From: Harriotta raleighana
Taxonomy: Eukaryota
Assembly: GCA_050575255.1 (NCBI GenBank)
Contig: JBNZDD010013723.1
Span: forward strand, 8,364,817 to 8,428,816
Reading direction: 5' to 3'
Length of the DNA: 64,000 bases
Shown: positions 25,366 to 38,600 of the stretch, piece after piece
Layout of the letters: every line of letters starts with the position of its first letter
Position numbering within the stretch: the first letter of the stretch is position 1
Position numbers and translations under genes: made by a program
The notes under the pieces: generated by a model
Told to the model about the DNA's origin: nothing
Database searches by the model: none
The model's input: the letters and a program-made list of their open reading frames with translations, nothing else

Positions 25366-25900
25366 AACAACAACAGCAACAAAATTACATTTGCATAGCA
25401 TCTTTCACATCAGGAGGACATCCCAAGGCGCTGGACAGTCAATGTTTCAGACCCAAACTGGGGTCTGGATCAGGGAGGGTGGGGGGAAAAGGAGGGGATT
25501 TGGGGGTGACCAATGGGACAGTCGAAGAGGAGGGTTTCAAGAAGGGTGCAAGGCAGGGGAACTGCGGGATGGAATTCCAGAGATTAATGGTTGAAGGCTC
25601 GCCCACTAATGGTGGGGCAAATGGAGACATGGAGCAGGCCGGATCCTGCTGAGTGGAGGGGGTGGGCAGGTTGGTACTGGGTTACGAGGTCACAGAGGTA
25701 GTGTGTGGTGAGGCCATGGAGGGCTTTGAAGGTGAGGACCAGGATTTTGAATTAATTCCTCTGGGTGATGGGGAGCCAATGGAGTCGGGCGAGAATGGGG
25801 GAGCTGGGGTCACAGAGCTTGGAGTGGTAGAGAACACTGGCTGCAGATTTCTGGATTATCTGCAGCATGTGGAGGAAGGAATTGGAAATGTTGACAAGTA
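25366..25900 (-). mobile_element. L2 3' region
   Basis: (CAA)n tail then antisense aggattttgaatt...gggagccaatggagt...gcagatttctggattatctgcag. Confidence 0.88.
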
Positions 25901-26066
25901 GGGAGTTTATCAGTATTGTTTATCACACAGTACTGTGTTTCTGGTGCTCATTTTGCTTCTACTCATGGAATACTTCTTGTGGTTTATCTAATATGATGAA
26001 ATTCAATAGAGAAGCTGTGGCTTGAAAATTAACTTTGTACATTTGCTTCTCATTTGTTTCTTTCAG

Positions 26067-26435
26067 CTTCTCAACCATGCGTTCCACCTGTCCTCCTTTA
26101 CCCGGGTAGCTTGAGCAACAATTTCTGAGGATGTCACCATCATCTTTCTCTAAATGATGAAGGAGAAAGCGGAAGAGCAGTCCCTGAAAGAAGGCTCCTC
26201 CCAGTACAAGACTCCCGGTCCTGCATAAGAGTCTAACACTGCAGCAAGCTGTATGAATATACTGTGCCACACAAATCGTGCCACCTCAGAGAGAAAGGTA
26301 GATAATGGAACAGTGTGGTGGAGCATCAAGCTCCAGAGACAGGAGGAGGAAAGACAGTACTCAGCCTGGCTGCTCAGGCAAGGCACCTTCAAAGGGGGGG
26401 TCTCAAGATGTAGTAGAACCTGTGGCCTTCCTGGG
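26067..26435 (+). other. Candidate exon, unidentified
   Basis: Strong pyrimidine tract with tttcag acceptor; GG|gtaagt donor; GC-richer non-repeat sequence; ATG at 26305 (ataATGg) is open to the donor. Several upstream ATGs weaken the case. Confidence 0.25.
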
Positions 26436-26782
26436 GTAAGTGGTGGTGTATGGGAGCAAGGCTCGCTTTGTTTCCTCCTCCTGCCCATCTGTTTTTGAGA
26501 AACAGACCATCCGGGCATCACTCTCGTAAAGTTATGTAGTTGACTGACTAAGGCTGGTGAGGGTATCAGAGTCACCAGTTAGAAGCTATCTTTACAAGCC
26601 ACATAACATTGCAAGCAGCATAGCTATGGATGTAAATTTATAAATATTTAACTTTTTAGTAATTACTGTATATTTGTCAGATAGTTATTGCTCTTAATAT
26701 TTTTGTTGTTATGGTAAGGTCATATTTCTTGCATTGATGCATTTTCACAAAGTTTTGTAGCGTTTACTAACAACACATTAAC

Positions 26783-27090
26783 ATAATAATAATCCTTGCA
26801 TTTGATATAGCGCATTTGATATAGTCTTCTAGACAACTCAAAGTGCTTCACAGAATATACTGTAAAGTGATTTGACACTATGTTTGTGGGCGAAACGTGG
26901 CAGCCAATTGAGCCAGCAGAGTCCCACAAACAGTTGTGGATTGAAATTACCAATTTATTATAGATTTTTTTTGAATGGATTATTATTAGGCATTTGGAGT
27001 AAGGAAACTTGCCCAATGTTTTACCCTGACCCCCCTGAAACACAGGTCTCAGGCTTGTAAGGCGAGTGACTTCTCTAACCATTGAGCTAT
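26783..27090 (-). mobile_element. tRNA/CORE/Deu SINE
   Basis: Full antisense layout from (TAA)n tail to ttgtaaggcgagtg...taaccattgagctat head. Confidence 0.92.
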
Positions 27091-28149
27091 GTGTCAACAT
27101 AATAAACTTCTCCAAAGAGCTATATACAGTATATCCAGGATTTATAGCACTGGTAAAATGATGTAATTTCCAATTTATGAGAGAAACCATTCAAAACACT
27201 TAGGTATTTCAGGACATTTCCATGGGCTTGGCATAGACACTTTATTCCCAAATAACAGGTGCACCTGACAGGAATTTTTCATGTAATTTTTCATATTTAT
27301 GAACAGTTGAACTGTGAGGATCTGCCATGTAAGATAGGTTTCTTCAACCTTGAAAGAGTTGGATATAAGATGCATCAGTGCCTTGGGATGTCCTCCTGAC
27401 TGAAAGGTGTTGGACAAATGTAATTATGTATTGTATTATATAAAATTATGAGAATGTAAACTCAGAATAATAATTTGGGATACGCAATTGCAGCAGGAAA
27501 AAGGGTATAGGTTCAAAGACTTGTTTTTTGTGCATTCAGCTGTCTGACACATGTGAAAACCTATCACTATGGTTAAGATTATGTAAAACCACTTTATAAG
27601 TGGTTGAAATATCTCCTGAGAGGAATGCAACCTACATTACCCATTTCAGAGAGTACTGGGTGCAGGTTGGCAAGAGACAAAGCCTGGGGACTTGAGTATG
27701 CATTGGAGGTACTGTTGGGATTTAACAAGGTTCAAAGCCATGAATGACAATTTTTAAGGCCGTCACCAATTGAACGGCTGATTTTACTCTTGTATTTTTT
27801 CTTGTATTATCTATTAGAAGACTATTTATCTCCTTTTTCCCAAATTAGTCAAATAAGAATATAAAATAATCCTATCATCCTTGCATTTTGTATAACTCTT
27901 TTCACATCTTCTCAAATAAATCAAATAAGAATATGTTTACATGTTTTAATTGTATTTATTTCTTGTTCAGCCAACATAAAACTCATTAGAGATATGTTTG
28001 TCTTCACTAAATTTTCATGGTTTGTTTTATTATAAATATGTAGTATTCATAATATCTAATCTAGCCACTATATTATTATATTGCATCTAATATAACCCCT
28101 ACATTGTTGACACATTTCTTACACATCTCTTATAGTAATTTCTAGGATG

Positions 28150-28940
28150 TGCAATGACTGTGTCAGACTCCGCCACTGCCTCACCCCTCAGACTGCCAAA
28201 ACCCTTGGTCATTGCATTTGTCACATCAAGGCTTGACTATGGAAACTGCCTGCTCATCGGCCATCCCAGCTCTTCCCTTCGCAAGCTCCAGATCATCCAG
28301 CATTCTGCAGCTTGTGTCCTCTCCTGCACAAAGCTCCATGACCACAACACTCCCACGCTCGCTCAGCTGAATTGGCTCCCCATTCCCCAGATATTCAAAT
28401 TCAAGATCCTCATCCTCATTTTCAAGTCCATTCACTGCCTTCTCCCTCCTATCTTTCCGACCTGCTGACTCCCTACCAACCTGCTCGCTCCCTCCATTCA
28501 GCGGGTTCCAGGTTTCTCCATGTCACCCGCCCTACCCACCCTACCATTGGTGGCCAGGCTTTCAAACTCTGCCCCACACTCTGGAACGTCATCCCACAGT
28601 CCCTTCGCTTCTCTTCCTCCCTTGANTCAGCGGGTTCCAGGTTTCTCCATGTCACCCGCCCTACCCACCCTACCATCGGTGGCCAGGCTTTCAAACTCTG
28701 CCCCACACTCTGGAACGTCATTCCACAGTCCCTTCGCTTCTCTTCCTCCCTTGCTTACTTTAAAGCTGGGCTCAAGATCCTCCTCTTCGATCGTGCCTTC
28801 TGCCATCCTCCCAACTCTCTCCCTCCCCTCGCCCCAACTTGCCCCTCCCACTTGCTCGGGTCCCGACCCCTAACCGTTCAGCACCTTGGAACATCCTCCT
28901 GATGTGAAAGGTGCTATACCAGTGTAATTTTGCTGTTGTA
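28150..28940 (+). mobile_element. L2 3' region (contains an artefactual duplication at n28626)
   Basis: AFVTSRLDYGNCLL, LQIIQHSAACVL, TLAQLNWLPI, FKILIL; tail gtgaaaggtgctata...gtaattttgctgttg. Confidence 0.92.
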
Positions 28941-29189
28941 TTCTGTAACCACGCACAACTGTCAATTTGCGTATAGCGATGCCTCACAAAGATCTATGAA
29001 GAGAATGACCCAATTTTACCAGGAAAATTATTGACCAGGACATTTGGAGAAACTCACTTCTTCATAACAGATTGCTACACTAAACTATCTGCTTATTTGT
29101 GTTCATGCCTATTGCAAAGCTGAGAATACTGCAGAAATAACTCTAGGTAAAAGAGCGTTTGGCAAAAAGGTAATTGAGTTGCTGCTTAC

Positions 29190-29348
29190 AGCGATACATG
29201 AGCTGTTTTACAATGGTAAATGGGTGGAGGGGGAGGGTATTCAGCAAATTGCTGCCTGGTGTGCAGGCTACGAGCTGCAGCACTATCTGAATGATTGACA
29301 TGATTGGATGTACTTTCAATGAACCAATGCGTCTGCAAGATGGTAAGG
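29190..29348 (+). promoter_or_regulatory. Candidate promoter or first exon
   Basis: TGATTGACA (PBX/TALE-like) at 29292, ATTGG at 29303, CCAAT at 29324, then CAAGATG|gtaagg splice donor. Confidence 0.25.
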
Positions 29349-30074
29349 AATCCAGTGCACCAGTGTTAATGTATTTTTTTCCAGTTGCCAGCCACCCATT
29401 TTGATTAAGAGTAGGAGAATTCCAGTATCTGGCCTATCCTAGCTGAAAGGCTAAAGAGTTTAATTTAAGGTCAGGAGGGCCCAGCCTACCAGAGAACTTA
29501 TTTAGAGGCAGATTTTCGATTGGTTATTTTAGGTTCTATAAAAATTCCAACAATGTTCGTTAGGCTCAGTCTAAGTGAGGAAAACAAAGGTCAAAGGACT
29601 GGCTATAACTGAATGTAGAGCTGACGTGTTATCAAATAATTTAAAAACATCAGGCTATTTCCTATTTCCTTCACTGATATATCTCGACTACTTTTACCAC
29701 AATAGATTCCATTTATTATCATGAATTTGGGTGTTAATCCTTCTTGAGTAGTTCCAATTTATTTGAATCTACACTGCATTTTTACATTCAGCAGCAAGTA
29801 CATTGTAGATATGCTGGATACTCTACATCGCAAATAATGGTTATGACAATATTATTGGGTGAATAAAGTTTTCAACATACTAGCAACATTGCACCAATTC
29901 TGCCCTCATTCACGGGCATTTATGTGACTTCTAATATCAAATGTGTACTTGAACCTTTCAGATATCCAGCATTAATTGTGACAACATGACAGTGGGCTAC
30001 ATTACCATGAAATATATCCTGGAATAGATAAAGATGCTTCAAAGATACGGTGGACTAAAAAGCATTCATGAGTC

Positions 30075-30460
30075 ATAATAATAATCCTTGGATTTGATAT
30101 AATGCTTTTCACGTCTTCTAGACGTCTCAAAGTGCTTAACAGAATATACTGTAAAGTGAAGTGACGGTATATTTTTGGGCGAATCGCGGCAGCCAATTGC
30201 ACACAGCAGTGTCACACAAACAGTCGTGAATTGAAATTACCAATTANATATTTTTGGGCGAATCGCGGCAGCCAATTGCACACAGCAGTGTCACACAGCA
30301 GTGTCACACAAACAGTCGTGAATTGAAATTACCAATTTTTTTTTTTCAAGGGATCATTATTGGGCATGTAGAGTAAGAAAATTTGCCCAAGTTTTTACCC
30401 TGATGTGCCTGGAATTGAACCCAGGTATCTCTCAGTTACGAGGCAAATGCTGAGCTACCG
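30075..30460 (-). mobile_element. tRNA/CORE/Deu SINE (duplication at n30247)
   Basis: Antisense tail, body and gcctggaattgaacccagg B-box. Confidence 0.9.
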
Positions 30461-30626
30461 AACTCAACATTTTCAGTCTAATATCATGGTTTTCATGGTT
30501 TCATGAAATTAACAACAACAACAATAAAATTACAGAATTTATAGATCGCCTTTCACATTGGGAGGATGTCACAAGGCACTGGCTCATTGACTTAGTGGGG
30601 GTATTCATTTGTTTTCTTGGGGATTG

Positions 30627-31091
30627 ATAATAATAATCCTTGCATTTGATATAGCGCTTTTCACGACTTTTAGAGGTCTAAAAGTGCTTCACAGAACATA
30701 CTATAAAGTGAATTGACTGAGTATTTATAGGCGAAACGTGGCAGCCAATTGTGCATAGCAGTGTCCACAAACAGTCATGGAGTGAAATGACCAATTTTTT
30801 TTAAGGGATTATTAGAAGGCATGTGGAGTAAGGAAACTTGCCCAAGGTTTTGCCCTGCCTGGAATTGAACCCAGGTCTTTCACTTGTATATTTATGGGCG
30901 AAACATGGCAGCCAATTATGCACAGCAATGTCCCACAAACAGTCATGGATTGAAATGACCAATTTTTTTGTAAGGGATTATTATTAGGTGTGTGGAATAA
31001 GGAAACTTGCCCAAGGTTTCACCCTGCCTGGAATTGAACCCAGGTCTCTCACTTGTAAGGCAAGTGCTCTATCCACTGAGCTACAGGACTG
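30627..31091 (-). mobile_element. Tandem SINE dimer
   Basis: 30627-30887 lacks the A-box and 30888-31091 lacks the tail; the shared body is repeated with scattered differences and no n at the join. Confidence 0.9.
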
Positions 31092-31262
31092 CAGAGAAAC
31101 AGGGTTGATAAAAATAATAACAATCCTTTCATTTGTACTGCATCTGATTATATCAATGAATGATTTTAAAATGCGTACTGTCAAATGTAGTAACAATATT
31201 TGCTGGCAAATGCGTCAGCTTCATATTTATTGTCTAATCTATATACTGTGGTATTTGCAATC

Positions 31263-31314
31263 GTGGATTTCTTGTGTGATGTGGATTTCTTGTGTGATGT
31301 GGATTTCTTGTGTG
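31263..31314. repeat. 18-bp tandem repeat, about 3 copies
   Basis: (gtggatttcttgtgtgat) repeated. Confidence 0.95.
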
Positions 31315-34300
31315 TCTCACTGTTGAATTTCTTTTTGTTGTACTGGAAATTATAATGTCTTGATTCTTGCAGCTAATGTTTGAAATTGTTTTTTTTCTCT
31401 TGATTGTGCTGTGGGCGGATCTTCAAACATTGCCATGGTGATTCCTCTTATTCCTTAAAGTAGGTCTCAATTCGTATGCCCTGAGACATAACAGGACTCA
31501 GATCCTCTATTTGAGAAAGAAACAGCTTAGCAAGTTTAGCTCTTTATTGCTATAAATAAGGAATTTGTGAACTGTGGAAAGCAAAGTGTCTTCTTAATAT
31601 CTAAATCACTTTTGCATCTGTGTGGGAGTGTGGATAAGAGATGTAGGAAGCGTAATATGAACTGTCATGATTATAGATGAAGAATTCTCTCTGATATTTT
31701 TCACTAGAGTGACAAATTCTGGCTGTTGGATCAGAAGGTTGTTAATTTCGGGTTTAGCTTTTCTGAGTTTAAGGATATAATCCTCAAGTTTTTCCATTTA
31801 TCAATTCTAATCCTTGTATTTCTCATCAGGAAGACGTCTAAAAGCTCCTCACAAGATTTACTGAGTGTAGTGACTGTATAGTTTGTAGGCGAAATGCTCA
31901 ACCATCAATTTTTTTTTACATTAAGTTCACTTTGGTTTTTGATAATATTCGTATCAAAAATACAAACATTCAAATAAATGAAATACAAGAATCCAACACG
32001 AACAAACTCACAGGAACAAGGTCATAGGAATCCTTGGTGTTGGCACAAATTTGGCAATCAGTTACAAAGCCCTTTGTGCCAACAAGGGGGGAAGTTGTTT
32101 GTTTGTGTGACAATCATGGCCAGTCCTTAGGAATGCATGTACAATGTGAATCTTTGCAGCTGATTCAATAAAACATTCATTAATTATCAAGTCTATCATG
32201 AATCATGGCATTGTTTGCTCCTGTTTGTCAATCATTGTGTTCAATGAAACTTAACATAATTTTGTAGTGCAGATTCCCCCAAGCCAAGCAAATATGGATG
32301 CAAATCGAGACTCTGCTTTAATATAGGTTAATCTCAAAGTGGGTGCGGTAAGAATCTATAACAGCAACACAAGAACTGTGGAGAGGTGCAGGCACCTGGA
32401 CTCACAGTCAGTGCCTACCACTCTCATAGACCCATGTGCTTCCAATATACCCCAACTACATCCATTAAACGACCTTGAGCCAGCCATGTGGGACTGGACA
32501 TCATGTTCTTTGGCCTTGAGCTGGGCAAGGGATTTCATAGTTCTCCTCTCAGCATGCAATACAAAAACCGGAGGTGGGGGGTGAGGTAGTTGAGGGGGTC
32601 ATCACCTCCTTAAGAGGCCACAGGCTCTACCATGGAACCTTCCTGCCCTGAAGTCCAAATGCCTCCTACAATATAACTCTACCAACTGATATANTGTTCT
32701 TTGGCCTTGAGCTGGGCAAGGGATTTCATAGTTCTCCTCTCAGCTCTAGCATGCAATACAGAAACCGGAGGTGGGGGGTGGGGTAGTTGAGGGGGTCATC
32801 ACCTCCTTAAGAGGCCACGGGCTCTACCATGGAACCTTCCTGCCCTGAAGTCCAAATGCCTCCTACAATATAACTCTACCAACTGATATAGAGATGTTGC
32901 AAACTCTGCACCTCGAGTGTGAATGAGTTCTATCCGGACTGTCTTTCTCAGCTCGATACCTGCGCGGACGATATTACTGCTAGAGGATTGAATACTTTCT
33001 CATCAAGACGTCACAGTTCCAGTCTAATTCCGAAGCAAATGTAATTATGGAGATTGAATCGGTCAGGAGTTTTCCACTGGATTTTTAATTAACAGAGTCC
33101 ACAGATAATGTCATAGATGGTAGATTTTCAGTCCGTCTTTGATACAGCAGTTTCAATGAAAACGAATAACGAGCACAAGGGCATATAACGTCAAAGCATT
33201 TCAAACTGATATTTACAGTCAAGTGTACTGTGTACGTATGGGCAGAAATGGCAGCTAATTTTCACACAGCAAAGACTCATAACAGTTGTGAAGTGAATCA
33301 TCAATTTATCTGAATATTTTTGGCCAAGATAACTAGACAACAGCAATTTATTTCCGTTCAACTGTTAAACAATGGCTGCTTTATAAGTGTAAAAAAGTGT
33401 TTTTCCTTCTGAAGTGCACGATTAATGTGCAGAGTGAGAAACATCATTAGCAATTTTTTTCAGCTCACAGCTTCTTTTGAAGATATCAAGTTGGATTCCA
33501 TTATGTGCATGGGCTCCACATAAATGAACAAAAGCAAGAAGATAATTTGATGAAACTTACAATTGATAGCGCTCTTCATGCTTACCACAGAGAGAATGAA
33601 CCGCAAGGCTGTTTATTGAGGATTTGCCAGGTATGGTGTATGACTTCTCATGTTTTATTTGAGGGCAGTTTATACCTGGGTAAAATCTTTCCACTTCCAT
33701 CAGCATACAAGGGATTTTTGTCAGTAGCTGTTATGGGAATTAAATAAGTCAGATGCTTGTGTAGCCCAGCTGTGGAGACATTGGGGCAAAGGTTGTGGTG
33801 TTTCTTACAACACAATTCATATACAAATAGTGCTTTTCATATCGGGAAGACATCATAAAGTGTTCCATGCTACTGGATACGCATCTGAGCTGGGGGGTGG
33901 GAGCTGAGGCATGCAGAGAGCAAAAAGATGTTCGAAAGCATGGTCAAGCTGGACATGGGGACATTTGGAGGGAGTGACAGCTTGGTTCAAGGGCAGCAGT
34001 GAAAAACATGCATGCCGAGACTAGGAGCAAGGGCTCAGCAATGGAAGATGGATATTTTATGCATTTGAGGCAAACAGGAAGTGACAGCAATGGCAACCCG
34101 ATGACCTATAAATCGGATATTTTAACGCGAATGCTGGCTAGACATGTGAAATGTATATGGGACTCTGCATTTGCACATCGAATGAAGTGCACATTAAACC
34201 ACATTATAACTGAATGCATATTGCAAAGAAATGTAGAAATACCGTATTTAGGCTTGCTGGTTTCAATTTGATTGAGTAAAAACATTTTTTTTAAATTACG

Positions 34301-34854
34301 TTTTAAACTACAAAATTGTCAGACAGCTGGGCTCTATGTATGTTACGGATTGCACTACCTGTTAGCTCTGTCATTAATATAATTTGAGGTACATTTTGCC
34401 AGTAAAGTCACTTCCTGCTTGCTCCACCAATCACATCAAGTACAGTATTATGCACTCTGCCAGTCATGCCATTTCCTGTGTGCCCTGGTTGTAATGTTAC
34501 TTCCTGAACCACGATGAGAGTGAAGTTAGAGATGTGAATGCACACTGTGCAGAAAGCGATATCGCTGGCAACCTTATGACCCAGAAGTTGCCATTTTTGA
34601 ATTTGAATAGCTTGCTGACATTTTTTTAAAAAAAATCCAAACAAGCAGGGTAAAATTAGCATTGATAACAAGCGGTTAACTTTAAAAAAAAATTAAAATC
34701 AGGAAAGTCAAATTACATTCTGTGTTTTGGACATTGCAATGCAAAGTCCATTGTATAATTCAGTCTTGAAATGTGAAAAATGTGTGCCCGGACTCATCAA
34801 TCAGTAACCACTGTGAACTTTCATGGGTTGGTTTTGATTGTTATCAGGGATAAT

Positions 34855-36310
34855 CAACAACAACAACAAAATTCCCTTTGTGGAGCGCCTTTCGTGTCTT
34901 GAGGACGTCCCAAGGCGCTGAAAATTCAAGCGTCGGGACCAGAGCATGGTTTGTGGGGGGGAATGGGGCAGGGTAGGATGAGAGAGGGCAGAGGGGTAGG
35001 AGGGCAGCCAAATGCACAGCTGAAAAAGAGGGTCATAGTTTGGGCCTTGTTGGGGGGCAAGGGATGGAGCAACATATTCAAGACTTAGATCGATAAAGGG
35101 ATTAAGTGATATGGGGATATGGAGATAGGGAGGACAAATGGAAGTAGGGTAGAAGATCAGCCATGATCTTATTAAATAACAGGAGGGTCTCAATCATGCT
35201 GATGCTCAGTTGTAGAAAGTTGTCTCTCATCTGTCTGACAGGAGGCCATTTGTCCTGGATTTGAGGTGCAGGTAGAGAAATGGAGTTGGGTGTCATCTGC
35301 GTATATATGGAAATTAACCGCATGTCTGCAGATTATGTCATCGAAGGGGATCATACAGAGGGTGAAGAGGAGGGGATCACAGAAAGAGCCCTGAGGAACA
35401 TGGCACTGGGGTGCGGGGGCTGGGAGAGAAACTGTTGGCGGAGACAAATTGGAAATGGTGTGAGAGATAAAACCTGAACCAGTCAAGGACAGAACCCTGA
35501 AGTTTGAGGTGAGAGGAGTGGAGGAGGATTGAGTGGTCCATGGTGTCGAAGGCAGCAGAGAGGTCGAGGAGGACAATGTGGCAGATGGAGCCCTTAACAC
35601 AAATGGACAAGATGTCATTTGTGACCTTAATCAGAGCAGTTCCCATGCTAGGAGCTGCACGGAAACCCAATTGGAGGGGCTCGTGATGGGAATAGTAGGA
35701 GAGGAATAAGTGAGGCTGGGAAGAAACGACTCTTTCAAGGATCTTGGAGAGAAAAGGCAGATTGTTGATGGGCTGGAAAGCAGGGATGCATCAAGGGATG
35801 GTTTCTTCAGGGTGGAAGTGATAGTAGCTGTTTTGAGGGGAATGGGAACAGTGCCAAATGATAGGGAGAGATTGATGAGGGTGTCGGAGAGTATTAATAA
35901 TAATATAATAATCCTTGCATTTGATATTGTGCTTTTCATGACTTCTAGACGTCTCAAAGAGCTTCTCAGACTACACTATAAAGTGAATTGACTGTATATT
36001 TGGGGGCAAAACGCGGCAGCCAATTGCACACAGAAGAGCGGAAAGGAGATACAGCTAGGAGGGTAAGGAGAGGGGTGGCGTTAAGGCAGCAGGTGGTGTG
36101 TTTTATGGTCAAAATGGTAGTGATGAGAGAGGACAGGGAGACAGGTTCGAAAATATGGAAGGAAGGATGGATAGGGGTTGGAGTGCGTGGGGGAGGAGAC
36201 GGGGAGAAAGTGGCATTTGGGAGGGTAGAGGCAGCTGAACGGGTTCCCTTGATTTTGGACTCGAAGAAATCCAGCAACTCCTCACTGTCAGAATTTGACT
36301 TTTTCATTCT
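34855..36310 (-). mobile_element. Longest L2 relic (linker, RT, tail), interrupted twice
   Basis: EELLDFFESKI, VPIPLKTATITSTLKKPSLD, LLDLSAAFDTMDH, VPQGSFCDPLLF, FHIYADDTQL; CR1-like insert at about 35095-35190 and SINE insert at 35893-36032. Confidence 0.93.
35893..36032 (-). mobile_element. SINE 3' part nested in L2
   Basis: (TAA)n-ccttgcatttgata...cgcggcagccaattgcacac between two L2 segments. Confidence 0.9.
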
Positions 36311-36501
36311 CTAGCCTCTTCTTACACTTGGATGGCTTTCAGAAATCACATCAGATGCTTTGCAAATATAGCAAATCAGACAGCATAAAGGGAATTTGGG
36401 ATTAACACTTCCCATTCCTTTTGGGATTATCGCAAATTAGACCCCATTAAAGAGTTGGTTGCATGACCGAGTCTTTAATAACATTAACATGGGATCATAG
36501 T

Positions 36502-36955
36502 GGAATCCTGTTCAGTGGTTAGAGCACTCACATCGCAATCGAGAGAACTGGGTTTGATATCTGGCAGGGCAAAACCTTGGGCAAGTTTCCTTGCTCCACA
36601 CACTGATAATAATCCCTCAAGAAAATAAAAGCAAAAATAAGTTGGTCACATCAATCCACAACTGTTTGTGGGACACTGCTGTGCGCAATTAGTTTCGCCC
36701 ACAAATACACAGTCAATTACAGTATATTCTAGGAAGTGCTTTGTGACGTCTAGAAGATGTGAATAGAGTTATAACAAATATAAGGATTATTATTATAATA
36801 GCACCTTATGATGTCTTCGAAAGTGCTTCACACAATATGCTGTCAAGTGAATTGACTGTATATTTTGTGGGAAAAACAGGGCAGCCAATCACATGCAGTA
36901 GTGTCCCACAAACAGTCATGGATTGAAGTGACCAATTTTTTTTAAAGGAATTATT
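36502..36955. mobile_element. Plus-strand SINE (36502-36800) tail-to-tail with an older minus-strand SINE
   Basis: (ATT)n tail directly abuts atagcaccttatgatgtc, which is an antisense tail. Confidence 0.85.
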
Positions 36956-37139
36956 ACCCTCTGAAATCTAACTAGCATTTGGCTTAATTGGAACATACAA
37001 CAAAAAATTGCTTTCAGCAGTAGAAGCAGGATGTTAGATATTAGACTCTGAAAAGCATTATAAATAATCTTTGTGTTTGTTGAAGGGCAGTGGGAAGGGG
37101 CTTCAGCCAATTGGATCTAATTTCTGAAACTCCCAAAAG

Positions 37140-37787
37140 GGATGGGAACTGTTAATCATCCAATACCTGACCAGGACTGTATTCTTCTTCCCCTGCCGCA
37201 TTGCCCACCTCCGACCGTATCTTACTCCAAATGCAATGTTTGTCATCTCCCACTCGGACTACTCCAACGCACTTCTCGCTGGTCACCCCAGCTCCACCAT
37301 TCAATATATCCAGCTGATTCAGAATTCTGCGACTCACATGCTGACCCAGCCCGAACACCGTATCCATATCTCACCAGTTCCCCATCACCGAACGGATTGA
37401 CTTCAAGTTCCTCACACTTGAGTTCAAATTCCCGGCATCTCCCTCCCTTCCTGTCCGATCTCCTGTTTCCCCAAACCACCACCCAGCGCTTCTGCTCGAC
37501 TGGCACTGGCCTCTTGCTCGTCCCTAACACCCTCCACCCCACCATCGACGACATGCTTTCAGCCACCATGCCACCAAACTCTGAAACACTTTCCCTCAAT
37601 CCCTCTACCTGGTCACTTCTCTCCTCTTTTTGAAGTGTCACCTGAAAATCTTCCTGTTCAACCGTGCTTATGGCCACCTCACCTCAACACCGCCCACCCC
37701 CACCTTGGAGTCAAGCTCTGCCACTGTTATGCACTCTGAGAAGCTACCCAGCGTGGAGGATGCTATCTAAATGTCTTGTTGTTGTTG
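37140..37787 (+). mobile_element. L2 3' region
   Basis: tttgtcatctcccactcggactactccaac...ccagctgattcagaattctgc...tgctatctaaatgtcttgttgttgttg. Confidence 0.88.
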
Positions 37788-38600
37788 ACAGTTATGTCCA
37801 ATTCGTCAGGCAAAATAGGAACTACACTGGAAGCAGCAGCACAGCCTTCCTGGAGAAGTTGTGGAATCTTATAGTCATTATTTTGTTAATTTTTTGCTTC
37901 CATTTCACAACTACGAAGTGGAACTGGGACCAGGATTGTAGATTGACACTGGAGCTGTTCCATAAATCACCCCGTTGAATGATTTTGCTTGGATCTAGCC
38001 AAACTCCTGGTGAGTTTTTTTCCCCCCCCCCTCCACAGAAATACCCACCAGCAGCCCAGCTAAGAACTGATTAAACTCATCAAATATTTGGCAGAAAGGT
38101 TGAGTCATCTGCCTGTGTCAAGAATAAACCTAGCAACAATCAATGCAGGAGGCAAAGCATTTCATCGCTTCATTGCCAGATAGCCCAAAGCAGAGTTTTG
38201 CATATTCATTTATTTTCTCAATGTATCTCACATCTTCTGTCGGCCTGAAAATATAAAACAAGCCCATAGGTTGTTCATCAGGTTTCTTTTTGTCAAAGCT
38301 TATTTCTGCAAAAGATTTGGTAAACCCTAAATGCAAGGTTTGTATTAATCCATTAAATCTTGCCTCTGTTTGACGACCATTACTGCACATTTTCAGCTTG
38401 CGTGTTGCTAAGAAAAAAGCTAATATATACCAGTTCAGTTACTCAATTTCAAGAGTAGGTTTATTACTTTAACATTAATAATAATAATCCTTGCATTTGA
38501 TATAATACTTTTCACATTTTCTAGATGTCTCAAAGCGCTTCACAGAATGTACTGTAAAGTGAATTGACTGTATATTTGGGGGTGAAATATATTATCAATT

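Noticed and set aside
32356-32584. Overlapping ORFs as an exon
   Set aside because: No recognisable product, only one plausible splice site, and adjacent to an n-join duplication.
34855-36310. Active L2 element
   Set aside because: Frameshifts, deletions, two nested insertions and no endonuclease or ORF1.
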